In this document: piece by piece, positions 26,363 to 33,627 of the stretch
How the letters are laid out: every line of letters starts with the position of its first letter
Position numbering within the stretch: position 1 is the first letter of the stretch
From: a virus
Taxonomy: Duplodnaviria > Caudoviricetes
DNA length: 38,798 nt
IMG/VR virus record: IMGVR_UViG_3300015370_000029
Span: 1-38,798 of that record
Strand: one strand, 5' to 3'
The notes under the pieces: generated by a model
The model's database searches: none
The model's input: only the letters and a program-made list of their open reading frames with translations
What the model was told of the DNA's origin: nothing
Position numbers and translations under genes: made by a program

Positions 26363-26982
26363 TAGACAACACTTCAAGTGTTATAAAACTAACTGACACA
26401 ACCTCTGCGTCTTGGGCGCATAATAACATTGCGGGTAATGTTCTTTTTATACTATTTAGTTGTAATGATCCCTCCGCCCCCACAGTAACATATAACGGAG
26501 TAGCTGCCACGCAAGTTGGAACAACTACGGGTTCCACTAGGATGATGTTCATATATAGATTGAACAATCCAGCCACGGGGTCTAACACAATATCAATTAC
26601 CGGAATGGCGAACGGTTGGACAATCGGATATGGAATATCGTTCTCAAATTGTGATCTTGTCACTCCAAACGGGACATACGCAGGGGCTACTGGCAACAAT
26701 ACAGCCCCGACTGTGAATGTTACGTCCAAAGTTGGGAGTATTGTTGTAGAAATGATGTGCGGAGTCGGAGACGCTGGAGCAGTGGTTATAACAGAGGGGG
26801 CGGGGCAAACCACTGTCGTGAGCAGTGGAGATCCGTCTTACTTGTTTGGGTCTGGTTCATACGAGAATGGCGCGACAACAGTTACGATGAGCAAAACACT
26901 TAACTCCACGAGAGTGTGGGCAATTGGGGGCGTCGGTGTAAATTTTATGCCTGCGACTTCAGCTTTTATTGCGTTTTTTTAG
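26359..26982 (+). CDS. Putative receptor-binding/distal fibre protein
   Basis: Thr/Gly/Ser/Asn-rich, lower GC, ATGA overlap with the fibre gene. Confidence 0.55.
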   Translation: MIDNTSSVIKLTDTTSASWAHNNIAGNVLFILFSCNDPSAPTVTYNGVAATQVGTTTGSTRMMFIYRLNNPATGSNTISITGMANGWTIGYGISFSNCDLVTPNGTYAGATGNNTAPTVNVTSKVGSIVVEMMCGVGDAGAVVITEGAGQTTVVSSGDPSYLFGSGSYENGATTVTMSKTLNSTRVWAIGGVGVNFMPATSAFIAFF

Positions 26983-27009
26983 TCAGGAAACCCATATTCC
27001 CTCATCGGC

Positions 27010-27160
27010 TTGAAATAATAAGAATTTCTGATATACTATTGGCGCAGGGGTTAGGGTGTCCCCCTCACTCTAAGCCCTGCATTTTACATTGAAACCCCTA
27101 TTGATTAGGACTTCCGCTGACGGAAAGCCCTGTGCACGAGGCTTGAGCGGAAGTCCGCTT
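27010..27160 (+). other. Structured intergenic region: candidate attP and/or small RNA
   Basis: TTGAAA-N16-TATACT; inverted repeat 27044-27080; second stem GGACTTCCGCT/AGCGGAAGTCC 27108-27156; abuts the integrase stop. Confidence 0.45.
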
Positions 27161-28654
27161 TTATGGAAGGAAGGTGAGGGTGATGGCGGTGGGGGTGATG
27201 GTGATGCGCTGGAGAATGTGGCAGAGGTGGGTGTTGACTTCCTGGGCGGGGGCGGTGAGGAGGTAGGCAGGGATTTTATTGAGGAGGGTGGAGAGATCGT
27301 CGAGGGCGGAGAGGCGTTCGGCACGGCGGGAGGCGGCGAGGGAGGTGTTGGTGAGTTGGGATTCTATTTCAGCGAGACGCACATCCAGGCTGGAGACACG
27401 GGAGGTGTAATCTGCAAGGGGCAGGGAGCCAGCTTCATAGGCTTCGATGAGGCGGTTACGGCGGGCGGTGAGATCGGCGGCGGTTTCTGCCAGGTGGGGG
27501 GACTGCTGGGCAGGAGCGGGGAGTTGAATGTTTTCGAGATCCTGCAATTCGAGGACGAGTTGAGCGGCGACGCGGGGGAGGAGGTCGGTATCCAGGATGT
27601 TGACGTGAGCGCGGTGATCTTTACAGACCCAGCGGCGGCGGTGTGGCGCCATGGCGCCATTGTATTTGGCGTAGACACGCGCGCCGCAGATGCCGCAGTA
27701 GAGCAGGTTGGAGAGGCGGTGAGTGCGCTTGCCTGTGTATTTGCGTCCACGGCGGGAGAACTCAGCATCAATGCGGAGCTGTGTGGCGGCATCCCAGAGC
27801 GGGATGTGCGCGCCTGTGCCTTTGACAATGCGCGAGGGTGGGTTATTGATAAAGGTGACGTGCCCAGTTCGAGGGTCGGTCGAGCGGCGTGTGATCCCGA
27901 AGTGGAGTTCGCCGCAGTAGAAGCGGTTGGTCATAATGTGGCGGGTGATCACATCCGTCCAGCGTGATCCGCCGGAGGGTGTGCGGATAGAAAGATCGTT
28001 GAGGTGATGGGCGACCTGCCAGAGGGATTGTCCGGCGAGGAAGAGGTCTTTGATCTTGATGACGATATCGGCTTTGGCGGGGTCCTGGGCGGGGATGGCG
28101 TTTGGGTCGAACTCCATGCCGGGGGGTTTGCGGTAGCCGTAAGGGGCGCGTCCCTTTGGGAGTCCTTTTTGGGAGATGCGGCGGGGCATACCGAGTTTAT
28201 AGCGGCGGCGGAGGGCGGCGATCTCGGTACGGGAGGTGAAGCCGGCGACGAACTGGAGGGTGGAGGCGGTTTCGTTTGAGTCGTATTGATCGGGGGGGAG
28301 GGGTTCGACGGGTTGGGAGATGGAGTAGATTTGGATGCCGTAGGCGGAGAGGGTTTTGGCGATGGGGTCGAGCAGTTCACGCAGGCGGGTGTAGTCGTAG
28401 AGGGTGAGAACGTCGAACTCGTTATGCTGGGCGGAGTTGAGCATGAGGGAGAGGGCCGGCATGGCGACTTCGGCATCACGGAGATTTACGAAACGGGTGC
28501 GGCTTTCTCCTGGGACAATGTAAGGTCCGCTGGTTTCCGTCCATCCTTTTGAAACTGCCGCAGTGCGACACTTGGCTTCCTGTTCTGAAAGAGAAACCTT
28601 GTCGTCTGTGGCTTGAGCCTTTGAACTAACTGCGCACCAAATTGCAAATCTCAT
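27161..28654 (-). CDS. Large serine recombinase (phage integrase)
   Basis: N-terminal AVSSKAQ...SLSEQ, APYGY, NRFYCG recombinase domain, LSNLLYCGICG Zn ribbon, coiled coil. Confidence 0.9.
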   Translation of the reverse strand: MRFAIWCAVSSKAQATDDKVSLSEQEAKCRTAAVSKGWTETSGPYIVPGESRTRFVNLRDAEVAMPALSLMLNSAQHNEFDVLTLYDYTRLRELLDPIAKTLSAYGIQIYSISQPVEPLPPDQYDSNETASTLQFVAGFTSRTEIAALRRRYKLGMPRRISQKGLPKGRAPYGYRKPPGMEFDPNAIPAQDPAKADIVIKIKDLFLAGQSLWQVAHHLNDLSIRTPSGGSRWTDVITRHIMTNRFYCGELHFGITRRSTDPRTGHVTFINNPPSRIVKGTGAHIPLWDAATQLRIDAEFSRRGRKYTGKRTHRLSNLLYCGICGARVYAKYNGAMAPHRRRWVCKDHRAHVNILDTDLLPRVAAQLVLELQDLENIQLPAPAQQSPHLAETAADLTARRNRLIEAYEAGSLPLADYTSRVSSLDVRLAEIESQLTNTSLAASRRAERLSALDDLSTLLNKIPAYLLTAPAQEVNTHLCHILQRITITPTAITLTFLP

Positions 28655-28773
28655 TTCATTCCATTACTTGAAGTTATTGACCATGTGTACTATCCTATTT
28701 ATAGGAAGCCTGCTGCACAACTTGAGTTGGGCTTGCATTCCGAAAGTTGCTGAAAATTGGTACTTGAAAACCC

Positions 28774-28812
28774 TTGACAAGTTTGAAAATATCAGTATAA
28801 TATCAAGTATAA
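28774..28812 (+). promoter_or_regulatory. Sigma70 promoter with overlapping direct repeat (possible operator)
   Basis: TTGACA (28774)-N16-TATAAT (28796); ATATCAGTATA / ATATCAAGTATA repeat. Confidence 0.7.
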
Positions 28813-28828
28813 AACAAGGAGCAGTGAG

Positions 28829-29233
28829 ATGAACAAAAAAAAATATACGGTTTACAGCGAAGATAACAAGGGTTGCAAAACATTCCATACCAGTAAAGTT
28901 AGTTTTGAAAAAGCACTTGAAACCGCCAAAACATGGGCGCAGTCATTCGGTCACAAGGTCTTTTATGTAAAAGACGGGAAGCGTGTCTATGTCAAGCATG
29001 GTGGCGCAAGGAAAGGGGCTGGGAAACCAACCCAATATGAAAAGCCTATGGTTGCAGTAGAAGTAACGCTTGATGAAGATACCATCACATACTATAAAAA
29101 ATACGCAAATGGTAATTTGTCAAAAGGTATTCGTGAATACTGGCGCATGATTGAAGAATCAAGGAAACTTGAAGCGTCAATAATTCACACGCGCAAGCGG
29201 AGACAAAATCACCATGGTCATTTCGTTGCCTAA
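28829..29233 (+). CDS. Moron-like protein with GGARxGAG motif and C-terminal RHH/BrnA-like domain
   Basis: HGGARKGAGKP followed by VEVTLDEDTITYYKKYANGNLSKGIRE; low GC; own promoter and downstream hairpin. Confidence 0.6.
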   Translation: MNKKKYTVYSEDNKGCKTFHTSKVSFEKALETAKTWAQSFGHKVFYVKDGKRVYVKHGGARKGAGKPTQYEKPMVAVEVTLDEDTITYYKKYANGNLSKGIREYWRMIEESRKLEASIIHTRKRRQNHHGHFVA

Positions 29234-29272
29234 TGTACAAGCCCCGCCCCAGCAATGGGGCGGTGTGCTTTA

Positions 29273-29340
29273 ACCCCACCCTGCCCCACCCCTGCCCCTC
29301 CCCAAATATCCGCAAGGGCGGCGGAGTATTTGGAGAGGGG
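29273..29340 (+). repeat. Dispersed hairpin repeat type B between convergent genes
   Basis: CCCCACCCCTGCCCCTCCCCAAATA...TATTTGGAGAGGGG. Confidence 0.85.
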
Positions 29341-29341
29341 T

Positions 29342-30265
29342 TTATTGTTGGGATTTGCGCCAGCCGTTGGCGCGGGCTTCTTCTTCGGTGCAGAACCAGC
29401 GTTCGCCGTAGGCTGTGTCTATCACTGTGACTGCGTAGAATTCCTGACCGGGGAGGTGGTAGATTTTCTCGCCTGTGTCATAGGCGATGTTGCCTTTGAT
29501 GTTGCAGCCAGGCTCAATGCCATCATTGTCCCAGGGACAGCCGTTCTCGTCACAGAGGGCATACGGATCGTCAGGTTCGGGCGTGTAGTTTCCGCCTGGA
29601 TCATATGATGGGTGAGCATAGTATTCATCCAAACATTCGCCTCGATCTTCGGGCGCGACGCTGGCGCAGGGACCTGTGGATGACGGGCTTTTTTGGCTGG
29701 CGAAGAAGAAATATATCCACAAGACAAATAAGATTCCCATTCCGGTATAAAGAACGCCTATCCAAGCCATGCTGAAATAATCCCCTATGGAGTATCTCGG
29801 AGGTGAAAGTGGTGGAGGTAATGGGTGACTAGCTGGGATTATCTTCTGCTGGGACGCGCGCGTGGCAGGTTGGGGTGAGGGACTTACTTTGACATGTAGT
29901 TGAACATATTCCTTAAATTCGTCTACTGGCAGATATTTACTTAATGACTCCTCTTTTACTACCTGATTGATACGCGCCCGTGCTGTTGCTTGTTGAACAC
30001 GCCACTGTTCCGCCGCATAGGTTACAGAACGTTCATCGAGTGCGTCAATCCAGTTGGCACGTGCAGCCACACTGATGTATATCTTGAATTCAATGGCAGG
30101 GAGGTAGTTGTTTAATTTATTCTCTCTTACTGCCTGATCGATTTTGAACCAGGCTTTTGCAAAGTTGACGTGCCATTGCTTAGCCGCATAGGTTACGGAG
30201 CGATAATGGAGTGGATCAATCCACTCATCATCAGTCAATTCATCATCGTTCATCATCTCGGTCAT
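29342..30265 (-). CDS. Single-pass membrane protein: duplicated N-terminal domain, C-terminal CNIKGNI...IYH...ERWFC..EEA...GWR domain
   Basis: 57-aa tandem repeat, Pro linker, one TM helix, C-terminal domain of the kind fused to thermonuclease/ExoI-like proteins. Confidence 0.7.
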   Translation of the reverse strand: MTEMMNDDELTDDEWIDPLHYRSVTYAAKQWHVNFAKAWFKIDQAVRENKLNNYLPAIEFKIYISVAARANWIDALDERSVTYAAEQWRVQQATARARINQVVKEESLSKYLPVDEFKEYVQLHVKVSPSPQPATRASQQKIIPASHPLPPPLSPPRYSIGDYFSMAWIGVLYTGMGILFVLWIYFFFASQKSPSSTGPCASVAPEDRGECLDEYYAHPSYDPGGNYTPEPDDPYALCDENGCPWDNDGIEPGCNIKGNIAYDTGEKIYHLPGQEFYAVTVIDTAYGERWFCTEEEARANGWRKSQQ

Positions 30266-30267
30266 GC

Positions 30268-30573
30268 TTAGACCCCCTCCACTTCGACAGGCTCAGTGCA
30301 ACGCCTGCCCTGACGGTGGATGGTGGAGGGGAGCAGGGCGAGGGCGGTGATAGCCAGGTTGCCGGCGGCGAAGGCGGGGATAAAGGTGTCGGGATTGAGG
30401 GCGGTGAGGGTGAAGAGGGCGACCTGGGCGAGGGTGACGGGGATGAGCAGGTGGATGGGGCGCAGCAGGCCGGCAAGATAACGCAGGAGGAGCCAGCGGG
30501 CGCAGAGCAGGACAAGGCAGAGGTCACATTTATTTAGTTGAGCCAGTGTGTTTGGCAGGTTTTCGGGTTTCAT
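30268..30573 (-). CDS. Small membrane protein
   Basis: Hydrophobic helices; lies between the repressor and 29342-30265 on the same strand. Confidence 0.5.
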   Translation of the reverse strand: MKPENLPNTLAQLNKCDLCLVLLCARWLLLRYLAGLLRPIHLLIPVTLAQVALFTLTALNPDTFIPAFAAGNLAITALALLPSTIHRQGRRCTEPVEVEGV

Positions 30574-30916
30574 AGGTTCCCTGCTTTTCTGAGAGGCGCA
30601 GGCGGAGCTTGGCGAATTCGAGCAGACCTTGCTGTTCTTCGGGCGGGAGTTGGGCGGTGACGTAGGTGATCTGGCGGGTCAGTTTGGTTTCGATGGGTTC
30701 GGGGGGTAACAGGCCGGCGGCACGGTAGACTTCTTCCGGGGGAAGTTTCAAGGCGTGGGCTAAGGCAGACAGGGTTTTTCCTTCCGTGCCACGTGTACCA
30801 GAAAGGATGCGGGATATTTGCGGAGGGGTGACGCCACTTTTTCGGGCTAGTTCAGCCTGCGTCATATTCCGTTTTTCGAGTTCGGCAAGAAGCCATTCGG
30901 GGAAGTTAGTTTCCAT
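30530..30916 (-). CDS. CI-like XRE helix-turn-helix repressor
   Basis: MTQAELARKSGVTPPQISRILSG HTH; divergent from the early operon; no peptidase domain. Confidence 0.9.
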   Translation of the reverse strand: METNFPEWLLAELEKRNMTQAELARKSGVTPPQISRILSGTRGTEGKTLSALAHALKLPPEEVYRAAGLLPPEPIETKLTRQITYVTAQLPPEEQQGLLEFAKLRLRLSEKQGTYETRKPAKHTGSTK

Positions 30917-30972
30917 AGGATAAATCCATATTACCTGAACACAACTTAGCGATGGGAATTATAAAATTGCCA

Positions 30973-31011
30973 CTTGACAACCTGAAAGGTTTCGGTTATA
31001 TTGTTGTCAAG
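30973..31011 (+). promoter_or_regulatory. Rightward early promoter with operator-like inverted repeat
   Basis: TTGACA (30974)-N17-TATATT (30997); CTTGACAAC-N21-GTTGTCAAG. Confidence 0.7.
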
Positions 31012-31042
31012 AGGAAAGATTGAAATGTCAAAAGGAAATAAC

Positions 31043-31312
31043 ATGGCGGAAAAGATGAAAGAGAACAAGGTCGTGCGAGGGTACAGTCTGGCGCCGACGA
31101 ACATCGAGTGGCTGGCGAGGCAGGCGTTGGCATTGAGCATACCTGGGAGGCGGATCAGTGATAGTTTGTATTTGGATAATCTGATCACGCGGGAGAGGGC
31201 GGAGGAGGCGAGGAAGAGGAGCGCCAAGACCCCCCTGTCACCGAGTACGGTGACATCCCCCCAAATCGGAGAGCGCGATTTAGGGGGAGGGAAGAGGAAG
31301 GTGACGGGATGA
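31043..31312 (+). CDS. Cro-position small regulator (RHH-like) with repeat-derived C-terminus
   Basis: First gene of the rightward operon; AAAGGA RBS; VRGYSL strand followed by helices. Confidence 0.5.
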   Translation: MAEKMKENKVVRGYSLAPTNIEWLARQALALSIPGRRISDSLYLDNLITRERAEEARKRSAKTPLSPSTVTSPQIGERDLGGGKRKVTG

Positions 31313-31560
31313 GAGCGGTGGTGCATTCCTTTCGGGTGTGTGAGGTAGTTTATTTCAATTGCCGGGGATGCGGCGCGCCGATCTTTACGGAGAAGGAGCG
31401 CGCGTTGGGGTGGTGCGGGTGTGGAAGAAAGAAGAAGAAAAAGAGCAAGGTGACGATGCGCGAATTGAAGAAGGTTTTTGATGCGTATGATCCTTATGGT
31501 CAACCCCGCAAGACGGGGCTTCCCCATAACGCGGGGCTTCCAGTGGCAGGTGAGCGATGA
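31309..31560 (+). CDS. Small CxxC/CxC Zn-binding hypothetical protein
   Basis: CRGC...WCGC; ATGA coupling. Confidence 0.5.
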   Translation: MRAVVHSFRVCEVVYFNCRGCGAPIFTEKERALGWCGCGRKKKKKSKVTMRELKKVFDAYDPYGQPRKTGLPHNAGLPVAGER

Positions 31561-31778
31561 CGAAACGGAAGAGAAGGTTTAGTGAGCGGGCGCGGGAGGG
31601 GATCGGTGAGTTGGTGTTGGCTGTGATGGATTGGGACCCCAGCCTGACCCCCCTGTCACCGAGTACGGTGACATCCCCCCAAATGCTGGCGCATTTAGGG
31701 CGAGAGGTTGAGAGCAGTGATGGCAATGATAAACCTGAGCGAAGACGAGTTGCGAGAGCAGAGAAAGTACCTGTCTGA
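31557..31778 (+). CDS. Hypothetical protein containing an in-frame repeat
   Basis: ATGA coupling; TPLSPSTVTSPQ shared with 31043-31312. Confidence 0.4.
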   Translation: MTKRKRRFSERAREGIGELVLAVMDWDPSLTPLSPSTVTSPQMLAHLGREVESSDGNDKPERRRVARAEKVPV

Positions 31779-32133
31779 CGAGTACCGGAAAATGCAGGAC
31801 GCGGATCAACTGGCGAGGACGGTGGCTGAGATCGCGGACGAGAATGACGGGATCAGGCGGTGTGTGCAGCTGGAGGGCGAGTCGTCGTTTTATGAGTGGT
31901 GGAACGAGGATGCGCTGGTGCCGGCATACAGTTCGCGCAGGCTGCGGATCAGGATGTTGGAGGAGAGGATTGCAACTCTGACAGCCCCACCCCCAGCCCC
32001 TCCCCAAATGGGAGAACGCCATTTGGAGAGGGTGGCAAGAGCGGAAGAAGCGGATGTGGAAAGTAAACATGATGCGAGTGTAGCCCATGAAAAAGCCGAC
32101 GGTGAGAAAAGCCAGCAAGAAGCGGAAGATTAG
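31720..32133 (+). CDS. Hypothetical protein
   Basis: Acidic helical ORF with an in-frame repeat at 31985-32032. Confidence 0.5.
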   Translation: MAMINLSEDELREQRKYLSDEYRKMQDADQLARTVAEIADENDGIRRCVQLEGESSFYEWWNEDALVPAYSSRRLRIRMLEERIATLTAPPPAPPQMGERHLERVARAEEADVESKHDASVAHEKADGEKSQQEAED

Positions 32134-32419
32134 CCAGAGACCCCACCCCGGACCCCTCCCCAAACGGAGAGCGCGTTTGGAGAGGGGGGTGAAGAAGAAG
32201 GTAAGGATGACTGATAAACCCAAGCCGTGGCCGTACCAGGCGGCGGAGGCAAGAGACAGAAGCGCGGAGGAAGCGCAGGTGATCGTGAGACAGGCGGAAG
32301 AGGCGCTGGAGATGACGAACGACGCGGCGGTCTTGAAGAAAATCGGAAGGATATTGTCGAGCGCGAATGTGATCTTGAGGTTACTTGAAAGCCAGGGCGC
32401 GAAGACGAGACCGATGTGA
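32087..32419 (+). CDS. Hypothetical protein (alternative start 32207)
   Basis: ORF track; helical C-terminal part. Confidence 0.5.
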   Translation: MKKPTVRKASKKRKISQRPHPGPLPKRRARLERGVKKKVRMTDKPKPWPYQAAEARDRSAEEAQVIVRQAEEALEMTNDAAVLKKIGRILSSANVILRLLESQGAKTRPM

Positions 32420-32435
32420 GGATAATGTGAGAAAA

Positions 32436-32678
32436 ATGAGAATAAGTAAACGGGTTCCCCAGGGTGTAGAAGTACCAAGATTTTATGGAATAGCCTATTG
32501 GGATTATTGGTCAGATTATGGTGTTTGCTATCCTGTTCCATTAAATCTTATGGTTCGGATTGGCAGATGGGCTTGGCATGAGTCGATCCGCTTTCGCCCG
32601 ACAAAACTGGACAAGATGATGAGAAAAGCATACGAAACCGGAATAGCTTTTGGGAGGGAACAATGTTCTGGCTCTTGA
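32436..32678 (+). CDS. Hypothetical protein, lower GC
   Basis: P.FYG.AY.D...CYP.PLN motif-like segment. Confidence 0.5.
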   Translation: MRISKRVPQGVEVPRFYGIAYWDYWSDYGVCYPVPLNLMVRIGRWAWHESIRFRPTKLDKMMRKAYETGIAFGREQCSGS

Positions 32679-32860
32679 GAAAAGAAAGTGGCACGAAGCA
32701 ATACGGGTTGTTGACTGCGGATGACGCGCGGGAGTTAGAGCGGATGGCGAGGCGTTTGAAGACCGCGGTGCATGGGAAGGGCGCGCAGGAGAAACACCTG
32801 GATTTGAGCGGTCACAAGATCGAAGTGGCAAAGAGGTATGGAGCGGTAGAGAAAGTGTAA
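32663..32860 (+). CDS. Hypothetical protein
   Basis: GGGAGGG RBS; ORF track. Confidence 0.45.
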   Translation: MFWLLRKESGTKQYGLLTADDARELERMARRLKTAVHGKGAQEKHLDLSGHKIEVAKRYGAVEKV

Positions 32861-32869
32861 GTATAACGG

Positions 32870-32943
32870 TGCGGGATGGAGCAGAGGTCAGCTCACGTGG
32901 CTCATAACCACGAGGTCGTGTGGTTCGAATCCCACTCCCGCAA
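32870..32943 (+). tRNA. tRNA-Met(CAT), initiator-like but atypical
   Basis: Acceptor TGCGGGA/TCCCGCA, D arm GAGC/GCTC, anticodon stem CGTGG/CCACG with loop CTCATAA, TTCGAAT T-loop; no encoded CCA. Confidence 0.85.
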
Positions 32944-32973
32944 CTAGGAAGTAATTTGTAAAAGGAGTCCCAA

Positions 32974-33228
32974 ATGAACGATCGTGAGTTGCAAATCCCG
33001 AAGCAATTGGATGAACTGCAAAATGTAATTGAAAGTCTGGGTAAAGCCGTAGAGAGTTTGTCCATACGGCTGAATAAAGTTGCTTTGCAAGAAGGTCCCC
33101 AACTAGAAGGCGGTGGTGACAAAGTTCCTATACTTTGCGAATACGCTAATAACCTTGCGAATAAAGTGGGACAAATTCAACGCCTTCTTGATGTTGTTGT
33201 CTCATTAGAAAGTCGTCTTGAGTTATAA
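32974..33228 (+). CDS. Coiled-coil hypothetical protein
   Basis: AAGGAG RBS; heptad pattern. Confidence 0.6.
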   Translation: MNDRELQIPKQLDELQNVIESLGKAVESLSIRLNKVALQEGPQLEGGGDKVPILCEYANNLANKVGQIQRLLDVVVSLESRLEL

Positions 33229-33242
33229 GGAAAGGAGGCGGC

Positions 33243-33380
33243 ATGAGTATTTTGGGTGTGGTTGTGTTTTTCGGATTTGTGTCTGTGGGTATCTTATTCT
33301 ATGAATACCCTGACGAGTGGAGACGATGGCTTTTATTGCTGCTTGCTTATGGTTTTGTTATTTTCCCGAAAGGATGGTAG
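33243..33380 (+). CDS. 45-aa membrane peptide (paralog 1)
   Basis: Manual translation MSILGVVVFFGFVSVGILFYEYPDEWRRWLLLLLAYGFVIFPKGW; AAGGAGG RBS. Confidence 0.65.
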   Translation: MSILGVVVFFGFVSVGILFYEYPDEWRRWLLLLLAYGFVIFPKGW

Positions 33381-33382
33381 CG

Positions 33383-33538
33383 ATGAAACTTAGAAAGTTT
33401 AGCGTGATAGTTGCAAGGGTTTTCGGATTGGCGGGTGTGCTGATCTTATTCTTTGGATACCCGGAAGATTGGCGGCGATGGTTTTTATTGCCGCTTGCGT
33501 ATGTTTTTATTGCTTATCCGAAAGGATGGTGGCGATGA
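33383..33538 (+). CDS. 51-aa membrane peptide (paralog 2)
   Basis: ILFFGYPEDWRRWFLLPLAYVFIAYPKGW aligns without gaps to paralog 1. Confidence 0.65.
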   Translation: MKLRKFSVIVARVFGLAGVLILFFGYPEDWRRWFLLPLAYVFIAYPKGWWR

Positions 33539-33627
33539 GTATACCCGGTGTGGTGCTGGTGCTGGTGATGACCGGCGTGGCGTTGTATTTTGATGGGCTG
33601 TGGAGGGTTTATGTCAAACGCTTATAA
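33535..33627 (+). CDS. 30-aa membrane peptide
   Basis: MSIPGVVLVLVMTGVALYFDGLWRVYVKRL; the N-terminus resembles paralog 1. Confidence 0.4.
   Translation: MSIPGVVLVLVMTGVALYFDGLWRVYVKRL

Larger units (their letters stand above)
31229..32189 (+). repeat. Cluster of four hairpin repeats (31229-31288 A, 31647-31705 A, 31985-32032 B, 32141-32189 B), mostly inside ORFs
   Basis: Same consensus arms; the first two share ACCCCCCTGTCACCGAGTACGGTGACATCCCCCCAAA exactly with 24349. Confidence 0.9.

Noticed and set aside
25328-26982. Diversity-generating retroelement acting on the tail fibre
   Set aside because: No reverse transcriptase ORF, and no template/variable repeat pair differing at adenines was seen.
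27108-27156. c-di-GMP or other known riboswitch
   Set aside because: Only a short chance match (GCACAGGGC on the minus strand); the required architecture and a downstream gene are missing.
27089-28552. Long Gly-rich + strand ORFs (27089-27967, 28004-28279, 28286-28552) and Ser/Pro-rich minus ORFs
   Set aside because: Shadow frames of the integrase caused by its C-ending codon bias; no RBS or domain signal.
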